NCBI GenBank assembly: GCA_965223845.1
Contig: CBDCXR010000004.1
Span: 5,632,001-5,696,000, forward strand
Direction of reading: 5' to 3'
Origin: Planctomycetota bacterium
GTDB taxonomy: Bacteria > Planctomycetota > UBA8108 > SXIK01
DNA length: 64,000 nt
Shown here: positions 1 through 9,300 of the stretch, piece by piece
How positions within the stretch are numbered: the stretch's first letter is position 1
How the letters are laid out: each line of letters opens with the position of its first letter
Program-made: the position numbers and the translations under genes
The notes under the pieces: generated by a model
Databases searched by the model: none
Seen by the model: the letters and a program-made list of their open reading frames with translations, nothing else
Told to the model about the DNA's origin: nothing

Positions 1-1
1 C

Positions 2-466
2 CCGGGACTCCCGAGCGTCTGGCTCGATCGCGAGAAGACGAAGCGCATTCTGATCAATCTTCTGAGCAACGCCTGCAAGTTCACCGACCGCGGGAGCGTC
101 ACCGTCACGGTTTCCGCTTCCGGCGAGCGCATCCGATTCGTCGTCGAAGACACGGGAATCGGTATCGCCGAGGACCACCTCGAGGTGATCTTCGATCACT
201 TTCGCCAAGTCGACAGCGGCGAAAACCGGATGGCGAAGGGTACGGGGCTCGGCTTGGCTCTCGTCAAAGAACTGACGGAGTTGATGCGCGGCGCGGTCAC
301 CGTCGAGAGCGATCTCGGCCGCGGAACGAGGTTCTCGATCGACCTTCCCGTCGCGCTCCCGAATCCGCCGGACGGGCTGCGAAATCAAATCGAACAAGGC
401 GCGAGCGGCCACCCGTGCGCCGGGGACATCCCGGCAAGCGCTGATCAAACCGTCGTGCGGTCCTGA
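2..466 (+). CDS. Sensor histidine kinase, C-terminal HATPase_c domain (5' truncated by window)
   Basis: Frame is open from base 2. Contains the N-box ILINLLSNACKFT, G1 box VEDTGIGI, F box IFDHFRQ and G2 box GTGLGLAL. Stop TGA ends at 466. Confidence 0.9.
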   Translation, partial: PGLPSVWLDREKTKRILINLLSNACKFTDRGSVTVTVSASGERIRFVVEDTGIGIAEDHLEVIFDHFRQVDSGENRMAKGTGLGLALVKELTELMRGAVTVESDLGRGTRFSIDLPVALPNPPDGLRNQIEQGASGHPCAGDIPASADQTVVRS

Positions 467-506
467 ATTCTCCCCGCGATAACAACGTCTCCTACCCGGC
501 AGCACC

Positions 507-1628
507 ATGACGCAGCGAATCCTCATCGTCGACGACGAACCCCTCAACGTCGAGGTGTTCAAGGACGCCTTTCGAGGTACTCCGTACGAGATTCGAAGCG
601 CAGGGTCCGCAGAGGAAACGCGGGAGGCTCTCGAAGAATGGCTCCCCGATCTCATCGTGCTCGACATCATGATGCCCGGTACGGACGGCATCGAGCTGTG
701 CCGGGAGCTGAAGGGCGACCAGAGGTACACCCCGATACCGGTGATGATGCTCACGGCCCGAACGGGAAGCGGCGACATCGTTCGCGGCATCGAGGCCGGG
801 GCGGAAGACTACGTTACGAAACCGTTCGTGCGCCAAGTGCTACGCGCGCGCGTGCGGGCGATTCTCCGCGCCCAGGCGAGTCTCGCCGCTCTGAGGAAAA
901 GCGAACGCGAGATGGCCGCGTTCGTCGCGACCGTGGCGCACGATCTCAAGTCGCCGCTCGCGGCGCAGATCGGACTGATCGACGCGCTCGCGTTCGACCC
1001 GACCGCGCCGGAGAGCGAAGAGCTGATCCGTCGCATCGCGGCGAACGCTCGCTACTCGCTCGAGTTCGTCAAGGACCTTCTCGAGCTCATGCGAGCTCAG
1101 ACCGCGCTAGCGCCCGTCCGCCGCGTCGAGACCGGCGAGCTCATCGAACGTGCGCTCTCGCGTATGGCGGCGGAGATCTCGCGCAGCAACGCCGTCGTCT
1201 CTTTTCGGAAGGACGATTTTCCGGAAATCCGCTGCGATCCGGATCGGCTGACGCAGGTATTTACCAACCTCATCGGGAACGCGCTCAAGTACGTGGCGCC
1301 TGGCGTCCATCCCATCGTAGAACTGGGATGCGTACCTTCTTCGAAAACTGTGACGTTCAGCGTTTCCGATAATGGAATCGGCATCGACCCAGACAACCAC
1401 CAACGAGTGTTCGATGCGTTCGTGCGGCTGCACGAGCGATCGAGCTACAGCGGCACCGGCATCGGTCTCGACATCGTCAAACGCATCGTCGAGGCTCACG
1501 AAGGTCGCGTGTGGGTCGAGAGCGAACCGGGGCGGGGCTCTACGTTCTTCGTCTCGCTCCCTCGCGAAGAGATCCTTTCTGCGAGCGCGGACGACGACGC
1601 CTCGCTCGCCGCTGCTCAGCGCCCGTAG
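507..1628 (+). CDS. Hybrid response regulator / histidine kinase (REC-HisKA-HATPase)
   Basis: REC motifs ILIVDD, LDIMMP, TKPF. H-box VAHDLKSPL, N-box NLIGNALKY, DNGIGI, GTGIGL. Confidence 0.93.
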   Translation: MTQRILIVDDEPLNVEVFKDAFRGTPYEIRSAGSAEETREALEEWLPDLIVLDIMMPGTDGIELCRELKGDQRYTPIPVMMLTARTGSGDIVRGIEAGAEDYVTKPFVRQVLRARVRAILRAQASLAALRKSEREMAAFVATVAHDLKSPLAAQIGLIDALAFDPTAPESEELIRRIAANARYSLEFVKDLLELMRAQTALAPVRRVETGELIERALSRMAAEISRSNAVVSFRKDDFPEIRCDPDRLTQVFTNLIGNALKYVAPGVHPIVELGCVPSSKTVTFSVSDNGIGIDPDNHQRVFDAFVRLHERSSYSGTGIGLDIVKRIVEAHEGRVWVESEPGRGSTFFVSLPREEILSASADDDASLAAAQRP

Positions 1629-1700
1629 TCCCGAACGGAGCGACTCGCAGCAGATGGTCCATCGCATCCCCCATCCGCGGCGGGAGCGCATCGATCCGTC

Positions 1701-3665
1701 ATGACGCGCGAGAGCCAGGTCCCACTTCTGCTCATCGTCGATGACGACCAGGACATGACCTACGCCCTGTGCATGCTTCTCGAGCGGACGGGGTATCGCA
1801 CGGTCACCGCGGGAGACGTGTTCGCTGCGAATCAACTCGCGCAGGAGCAATCCCCGGATGCGATCGTGCTCGACCTCATGATGCCGGCGGGTGGCGGTCG
1901 GCGTCTCATCGAGTGGCTCCGCAGCAATCCGCGCACGCAGCACATCCCCGTCGTGATCTACTCGAGCGACGACGACGCCTCGACGAAGAACGAGCTCATG
2001 GTGCTCGGCGCTCGCGCCTACGTGAGCAAGTCCGCTCCCCCCGAGACGCTTCTCACTCAGCTCTCCGCGGCGATCGGCTTCGGCCCTCCGCCTCCGACCT
2101 CCGCGCGCGCAAGTGCGGCACCGAGCGCTCGACCGGCTCCCTTCGACGGAACCGCGGGAGGCGCCGCGGGCGGTCCAGCCGCTCAGTTCGCCACTCCGAG
2201 AGAGACGACAGCTCCGGGGTTCGCGTCGCCACCGCCGAATCCGGGCGCGGGCGGCACCCACGTCCCTCCGGGCGGCGTGCCCTACCCGCTCGGGAGCCCC
2301 GCAGCCGCCAACGCCCCGCAGCCGGCGACCGGACGATCACCGGCGGCGAGCCGCGACGCTTCGTTCCGCGGACCGGCGGGTTTTCCCGGAACTCCGCCGG
2401 AACCCGCTGCCGCCCGACCGCCGCCCTCGCACGCGTCATCCGGAGAGGCTCTGGATTCGATCTTCGGTGGTCCTCCGGCAGCGTCGCAGCCGCCGGCGGG
2501 TCACGACAAGTTCGGCACCTCCGGCGAACCGCCCCCTCCTTCGCGGCCTCCCGCCGGTGAGGCGCCGCCGCTCTTTCCCGATCTCGCGCCGGCGAATCCG
2601 GCGACGTCGGCACCGATGCCGCCGCCGTCGCACGCTCACCATCACCCGTCGGCGCCGCCACCGGGAGGAATGAGAGAGAGCGGCGCCGGCGGAGGCGACG
2701 TAGGAAGTCCCACGATCGAACGGTTTCCACGCCGGTCGTCCGGTTCCGGAACGCTCAGCTTCCGTTCGCACGCTTCGGCCGACGATGCCGCGCCCGGCGC
2801 CGACGCGAACCAGCACGGCGACATGCCCCACGGGACCGGAGCGCAACCCGCGCCGCCGTCCTACCCGCCGCCGAACCCGCCCGCTCCCCCGGCGCCTCAA
2901 GCCCCCGCCCGACCGGCGGGCTTCACGACTGGACACGAGGCGCCTCCCGACCCGAACGCCTGGTCGCACCCGGCGGCCTCACCACCGCCGCGCCAATCGA
3001 CGGGCGGACACGCCCCGCCGGGCGCCGTGCCGTTTCCGATCGTCGGACCTTCGGAGCCCGCACCCATGCCGGCGCCGCAGCCACCTCCGGCCGCGCCCGC
3101 TTACGATCCATTCGGTGGCGCAGGCGGGTACGCAGTAGGCGCAGGCGCCCCGCAACCGCCCCAAGCTCCGGCTCCACCGCGCGCGCCGGCCCCCGCGCCG
3201 CCGCCGACGATTCCCCCCGCCGATACCGAACCGCCGCGACTCCTCATCGTCGACGACTCTCCCGACGAGCGCTTCGCTCTCGCGACACGACTCGAACGAA
3301 AGGGCTTCGTCGTCCTGCAAGCGAGCGACGGCAGTCAGGCGCTCGAGATCGCCCGCCAACACCGGCCGGACTACGTGATCTCCGACGTCCACATGCCCGG
3401 AGCATCCGGCACGTATCTCTGCAGCGAAATCTCCGCCGATCCGCAGTTGTCGTCGGTCCCGGTGTTCCTGATGTCCGGGCTTCCGCAAGAGCTCACCAAG
3501 GCGAAGCTCGAACGGATCGGTGCGGCGGGGTTCTTCGAGAAGCCGATCGAAGTCGACCTACTGCTCGCTCTCCTTCGCAACGTGAAGAAGAAACAAGCGA
3601 AGCCGAAGGAGAACTTCGGCTCCTTCACGGCCGAAGCGCTCGAGCGGCTCGACGAGCTCTTCTGA
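1701..3665 (+). CDS. Protein with two receiver domains joined by a ~380-aa Pro/Ala/Gly-rich linker; no output domain
   Basis: REC1: LLIVDDD...LDLMMP...VSK. REC2: LLIVDDS...SDVHMP...EKP. Low-complexity middle section. Confidence 0.88.
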   Translation: MTRESQVPLLLIVDDDQDMTYALCMLLERTGYRTVTAGDVFAANQLAQEQSPDAIVLDLMMPAGGGRRLIEWLRSNPRTQHIPVVIYSSDDDASTKNELMVLGARAYVSKSAPPETLLTQLSAAIGFGPPPPTSARASAAPSARPAPFDGTAGGAAGGPAAQFATPRETTAPGFASPPPNPGAGGTHVPPGGVPYPLGSPAAANAPQPATGRSPAASRDASFRGPAGFPGTPPEPAAARPPPSHASSGEALDSIFGGPPAASQPPAGHDKFGTSGEPPPPSRPPAGEAPPLFPDLAPANPATSAPMPPPSHAHHHPSAPPPGGMRESGAGGGDVGSPTIERFPRRSSGSGTLSFRSHASADDAAPGADANQHGDMPHGTGAQPAPPSYPPPNPPAPPAPQAPARPAGFTTGHEAPPDPNAWSHPAASPPPRQSTGGHAPPGAVPFPIVGPSEPAPMPAPQPPPAAPAYDPFGGAGGYAVGAGAPQPPQAPAPPRAPAPAPPPTIPPADTEPPRLLIVDDSPDERFALATRLERKGFVVLQASDGSQALEIARQHRPDYVISDVHMPGASGTYLCSEISADPQLSSVPVFLMSGLPQELTKAKLERIGAAGFFEKPIEVDLLLALLRNVKKKQAKPKENFGSFTAEALERLDELF

Positions 3666-3710
3666 GTCGAGTCCGCCCGCCCGCGGGGAGCTCGATCGCC
3701 GCAAGGGGCA

Positions 3711-4115
3711 TCACCGCCCGGAAGGAGCGTCCGCCCGTGTGTCGCCGGGATCGTTCTCGCCGTCCGGTTCGACGTCTTCGCGCTCGGCGCCCTCTCGCGC
3801 GGCGACTTCGTCCGGAGTGAGCTCGTCGCCCGCGGCGGCGTCTTCGATCCCCGCTCCGCCCGAAGTCTCGTCGGCCGCGGCGGTCGAGGACGACGGCTCA
3901 CCCGCGGCGGGATCCTTCTCGCGCTCGGCGGCGTCCACTCCCGCCTCTTCGCGCCCGGTCTCGAACTCGCGAACGAGATCGCCGAGGGCCGCGCGCGCCT
4001 TCGACGCGATCGCGCCGGCCTTCTCATCGAGGCCCTTCTCTTTCGCCTTCTGCTTCAGCCGGCCGGTCGTTTTGCCGAGCTCTCGCGCGAGCCGTTCGAA
4101 GAACGATTTGGCCAT
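3711..4115 (-). CDS. Hypothetical protein (basic helical N-terminus, acidic disordered C-terminus)
   Basis: ATG at 4115 (MAKSFFERLARELG...). Codon usage matches the host. Fills the gap between neighbouring genes. Confidence 0.65.
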   Translation of the reverse strand: MAKSFFERLARELGKTTGRLKQKAKEKGLDEKAGAIASKARAALGDLVREFETGREEAGVDAAEREKDPAAGEPSSSTAAADETSGGAGIEDAAAGDELTPDEVAAREGAEREDVEPDGENDPGDTRADAPSGR

Positions 4116-4342
4116 CGGATCGGGTCTCCGTCCGTCCTGCTTCGATTGTAACGCCGAGCCGCGCGTTTCGAGACTCGTATCGAGCCGAGCCGCGGGTTGA
4201 CCTCGGTGCGACGCGCGGTTCTGATCTGTAGCCCGCCTAGACTCCGGCGGCGCCACCCACTCGTCCGGCAAAACCCGATGCCGCTCGGCGCGAAGTTTCT
4301 TTGTCGCGCGCCGTTCGAGCGACAATGACGCGAGGACACTCC

Positions 4343-6085
4343 ATGGCGGCAGAGTCATCCCGAAAAATCGAGGCGGATCGGAAGCTCCTCGAAGAGGCGC
4401 GAACGAAGGGCGGGCTCGCCACGATGTTCGCGTACGTGAAGCTCTCCGGTCCCGGTTGGCTTCAAAGCGCGCTCACGCTCGGCGGCGGATCGCTCGCATC
4501 GAGCCTCTACCTCGGCGTCCTTTCCGGATTCGCGCTCCTCTGGCTGCAGCCGATCGCGATGGTGCTCGGCATCATCATGCTGAGCGCGATCGGGTACGTG
4601 ACGATGTCGACGGGCGAGCGGCCGTTCGCAGCGATCAACCGTCACGTGAATCCGGTGCTCGGGTGGAGCTGGGTCCTCGCGTCGCTCCTCGCGAACATCG
4701 TGTGGTGCTTGCCGCAGTACTCACTCGCGAACGGCGTGCTCCAGCAGACTCTGCTCCCGGGGGTCTTCGGTGCCGACGGACCGCTCGGCGATACCGGGAG
4801 CAAGCTCGTGATCTCGATCGCGATCCTTCTCTTCACGACGACGGTGACGTGGAGCTACGACCGCGGTGGGCTCGGCGTGCGTCTCTACGAGCTCGTGCTC
4901 AAGATCATGGTTGCGGTCATCGTCCTTTGCTTCTTCGGCGTCGTGTTCAGCCTTTCGACGTCGAGCGAGGGTCTCGCCTGGGGCGACATCCTCGGTGGTT
5001 TCATTCCCGACCTCAGCCGAATCACGAGCCCCGCAGCTTCGTTCGAGCCGCTCCTCGCCGCGACGGGTGACGGCCGGGAGTACTGGTCGAATCTCATCGT
5101 CGACAAACAGCGCGACGTCTTGGTCGCCGCCGCAGCGACCGCAGTCGGAATCAACATGACGTACCTCTTTCCCTACAGTCTCCTCAAGCGCGGCTGGGGA
5201 AAGGAGTTTCGCGGCTTCTCGAAGTTCGATCTCGGGACGGGGATGCTGATCCCGTTCGTGCTCGCGACGAGCTGCGTCGTCATCGCTTCCTCGACTCAGT
5301 TTCACGCAGCGCCGCAGCCCGGACTCGCGACGCCGGTCGCCGCGGGTGAGGCCGCGCCGTCGAAGAAGCAGCTTTCTCAGTACATCGGTCTTCTCAATGC
5401 GCGTTTGGAAGCGAAGGAAGAAACGAAGGTCGCGACGAAGGACGGGGAGACCGATCGCGATCTCGCGATCGTGGCGAGCGAGCTCGCCGAGCGAGTGCCC
5501 GAGCCGGACCGCGTCCTCGCGGCGACGCTCGTCGAGCGCGACGCTCGCGACCTCTCACGCGCGCTCGAGCCGCTGCTCGGGAAGTTCTTCGGCGATGTCG
5601 TATTCGGGATCGGCGTCCTCGGCATGGCGCTCTCGACGATCACCCTTCTCATGTTGATCTCGGGGATGATCGTCTGCGAGCTCTGCGGTCTCCCGCCGAC
5701 CGGGAAGCCGTTTCGCCTCGGTACGCTCGTGGCGGCGGCAGGCGTGCTCGGCCCCTTCCTCTGGAGCAAAGCGGCCTTCTACCTCGCCGTGCCGACGTCG
5801 GTATTCGGCTTGATGCTCCTCCCTCTCGCGTACTTGACGTTCTTCTTCCTCATGAATCAGAAGAAGCTTCTCGGCGACGAATGTCCGACCGGGGGACGTC
5901 GCGTCGTTTGGAACGTGCTCATGGGGATCGCTGCCGGGGTGGCGACGTTCGCGAGTGTGTCCATGGTGTGGATCAAGGCCGGGTGGTGGGGAATCGGGGC
6001 GATCGGGGTGATCGTGCTGGCGGCTTTGGTGGTGCATTTTCAGCGCCGGGGGCGCAGGGACGATCTCGAGCACATAGACTCCTAG
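4343..6085 (+). CDS. NRAMP-superfamily membrane transporter with a non-canonical substrate motif
   Basis: About 11 hydrophobic segments. GPGWLQSALTLGGGS in TM1, where canonical NRAMPs have GPG...DPGN. ATG at 4343 follows GAGGA. Confidence 0.8.
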   Translation: MAAESSRKIEADRKLLEEARTKGGLATMFAYVKLSGPGWLQSALTLGGGSLASSLYLGVLSGFALLWLQPIAMVLGIIMLSAIGYVTMSTGERPFAAINRHVNPVLGWSWVLASLLANIVWCLPQYSLANGVLQQTLLPGVFGADGPLGDTGSKLVISIAILLFTTTVTWSYDRGGLGVRLYELVLKIMVAVIVLCFFGVVFSLSTSSEGLAWGDILGGFIPDLSRITSPAASFEPLLAATGDGREYWSNLIVDKQRDVLVAAAATAVGINMTYLFPYSLLKRGWGKEFRGFSKFDLGTGMLIPFVLATSCVVIASSTQFHAAPQPGLATPVAAGEAAPSKKQLSQYIGLLNARLEAKEETKVATKDGETDRDLAIVASELAERVPEPDRVLAATLVERDARDLSRALEPLLGKFFGDVVFGIGVLGMALSTITLLMLISGMIVCELCGLPPTGKPFRLGTLVAAAGVLGPFLWSKAAFYLAVPTSVFGLMLLPLAYLTFFFLMNQKKLLGDECPTGGRRVVWNVLMGIAAGVATFASVSMVWIKAGWWGIGAIGVIVLAALVVHFQRRGRRDDLEHIDS

Positions 6086-6097
6086 TCGGAGGATTTA

Positions 6098-6260
6098 ACA
6101 CGAAGGGCACGAAGGACACGAAGGAAGACGAAGAGGGAGAGAGAGAGAGAGAGAGGGGGAATAGGAGTAAGAGTAAGAGTTAAGAGTAAGAGGGAGAGGG
6201 AGAGTAAGAAGTAGGAATGGGAAGTGAGGGGGAAGAGGGAAGAAGGAGGGGGTGAGTTGA
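6098..6260. repeat. CACGAAG-type repeat arm followed by a polypurine (GA)n / (GAGTAA)n tract
   Basis: ACACGAAGGGCACGAAGGACACGAAGGAAGACGAAG (6098-6133) resembles 10221-10258. It is followed by a (GA)n run and GAGTAA repeats at 6165-6207. Confidence 0.85.
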
Positions 6261-6310
6261 GAGGGAATGGTGGATGTTGCGAGTGATTGTTCGTGAGGGT
6301 CGACCGGAAC

Positions 6311-9300
6311 GTGCCGGCGGATGAGTCGCCTTTGGTTTGGCGGTTTTCTGTCGATACGGGCGGCACGTTTACTGACTGTGTGGCTGTCGACCCCGATGGG
6401 GTGGTTCAGCGTGTCAAGGTGTTGTCCTCTGGTGCGCTGCGCGGGGCGGTCGTTCGGGTCGCGAGTTCCCGCCGGATTGTCGTTGCGGCGGAGTGGCTGT
6501 CGGGGGCGAACGCCGAGCGGGCGAGTCGAGCCGTTGTCGGGTGTGAGTTTCGCCCTCTCGGCGTCGAGCGGGACGCTCCCGGTGCGGTCGTTGTCGCGCT
6601 CACTCCGGAGTCGAAGCAGCTAGAGCTCGATCGTGCTCCTTCGTTCGAGCTGAACGCGGGCGATCGCTTCGAGCTGCGTTCGTTCGAAGAAGCTCCTCTT
6701 CTCGCCGCTCGTCTCCTCACGGGGACGGCACCGGGGAACCCGCTTCCGCCGGCGGTGGTTCGTCTCGCGACGACGCGCGGTACGAACGCGCTCCTCGAAC
6801 GACGCGGCGCGGCGACGGCGCTCTTCATCTCTCGCGGATTCGGCGATCTCCTCGTCATCGGCGACCAGACTCGGCCCGACCTCTTCGCGCTCGATGTCCG
6901 TCGTCCGGCGCCGCTTTACGATTCCGTCGTCGAAGTTTCCGGCCGGCTCGACGCCGACGGATCCGAGCTCGAAGCGCTCGATATCGAGCCTCTAGGTGAG
7001 CGAATCGACCAGCTTGTCGCCCGCGGAGTTCGCTCCGCTGCGATCGCTCTCCTCCACAGCTATCGCGACTCGAGTCACGAGGAAGCTCTCGCGGAGTTCC
7101 TCCTCGCGCGCGGGTTCGAGCACGTCTCCCGCTCGTCGGCGATCGCCCCATCCATTCGCATCCTTCCTCGCGCGGAGACGGCGACGGTGAACGCCTATCT
7201 CGCGCCGATCATCGCCGAGTACGTCGACGCCGTACGCACTCCGATCGCGACCGGAACTCTCCATGTGATGACGAGCGCCGGCGGTCTCGTCGAGGCGGGG
7301 GAGTACCTCCCGAAGGACAGTCTTCTCAGCGGACCCGCCGGAGGAGTAGCGGGGGCGGCGAGTGTCGCCCGCGCCTGCGGCCGCGAGCGTTCGATCTCGT
7401 TCGACATGGGCGGAACGAGTACGGACGTTGCGCGCTACGACGGCGACTACGAGTACGCATTCGAGCACCGAGTCGGCTCGGCTCGGCTGGTTGCGCCAGC
7501 TCTCGCGATCGAAACCGTCGCGGCGGGAGGCGGATCGATCTGCTCCTTCGACGGCCACCGACTCCTCGTCGGTCCCGAGAGCGCGGGAGCGTTTCCCGGT
7601 CCCGCGTGCTACGGAGCAGGCGGCCCGCTCACGATCACCGACGTTCACCTCCTCGCCGGACGGCTCGCGCCCGATCGCTTCGGGATCCCGATCGACAGCG
7701 AAGCTTCTCGGCGCGCGCTCGCCGAACTCGTCGCGTCGCTGCGCGCGGCCGGCGACGACGCTTCGGAGGACGATCTTCTCGCCGGGCTCCTCGCAATTGC
7801 GGATGAACGCATGGCTGACGCGATTCGAAGCGTCTCCGTACAACGCGGGTACTCTCCTGCGGAGTACGCGCTCGTGGCCTTCGGTGGCGCGGGCGGACTC
7901 CACGCCTGCTCACTCGCCGAGCGCCTCGAGATCACGGAGGTGCTCGTTCCCGCGGAAGCGGGCTTACTGAGCGCGCGCGGCATCGCCGACGCGGCCGTCG
8001 AGCGCTTCGCTTCCGAGCAGGTTCTTCGCCCGCTCGCGGAGATCGATGCCGATCTCGACGATCTCTTCGCGAAGGTCGAGGAACGGGCGCTCGCCGCACT
8101 CGCAACCGAGAACATCGCGAGGGAAAGCGGACGCATTCGTCGTCGCATCGCGCTCCTTCGGTTCTCCGGTCAGGACACCGTCACGGAGATCGAGTACCGC
8201 CGCGGGATGGAGATCGCCACCGAGTTCATCGCGGCGTACAAGAGGATCTACGGCCATCTTCCCGGTGCGCTCGCGATCGAAGTCGAGTCGATTCGCGTTG
8301 TCGCGTCGACGAGCGAGGAGGACGTCGACGCTCCGGCCGATCCCGCGTCGCCCTCCGCCTACACTCCCGTCGCGGCGCCGGCGGAGGCGGCAAAGCTCGA
8401 CCGGAACGAAGCGGAGATGCTCGTCGGAGCCAAACGTAAACGAGTGCCCGTTCTAGCTCGCGACTCACTCGCACGAGGTGACGTCGTCAACGGTCCGGCG
8501 ATCGTCGCCGACCGCTACAGCACCGCGGTCGTCGAAGACGGTTGGCGCGGCACGGTCCTCCCCGACGACACACTCCGCCTCGACCGCATCCCGGTCGCGC
8601 GTACCGAGAGCGCACCTCGCTCCGGCCCCGCGCGAGGTTCGCGTTCGTCCGCGGTCGAGCTCGAGCTCTTCACGAACCGCTTTCGCGCGATCGCGGGCGA
8701 GATGGGCGACCTCCTCCAGCGGACCGCGCTCTCGACCAACATCAAGGAGCGTCTCGACTTCTCGTGCGCGCTCCTCGATCCGTCGGGGGAGCTCGTCGTC
8801 AATGCGCCGCACATCCCGGTCCACCTCGGCGCACTCGGTCTCTGCACTCGGCGGGTGGCGTCCTCGCTCCCGCTCGCACCGGGCGACGTCGCGCTGACGA
8901 ACCACCCGCGCGCAGGCGGATCGCATCTTCCCGACGTCACGGTGATCACGCCGGTCCACTCGACAGACTCCGAGCGGCTCCTCGGCTACGTTGCGAGCCG
9001 CGCCCATCACGCCGAGATCGGCGGCGTGCGCCCGGGCTCGATGCCGCCGTCGGCGCAGAAACTGATCGATGAGGGAGTGGTGCTTCCCCCGGCGCTCGTC
9101 GTTGCGGGCGGGCAGCCCCGATGGCGCGAGATCGAGGCGAAGCTCGCGAGCGCGCCGCACCCGAGTCGAGCCGTAGCCGACAACCTCGCCGATCTCCGCG
9201 CGGCGGTCGCCGCCAACTCCCTCGGTGCCGAGCGCCTGCGCGCCCTCGCCGAGGACGTCGGCGCCGAGACGGTCGGCCATTTCATGAAGACTCTCGAAGC

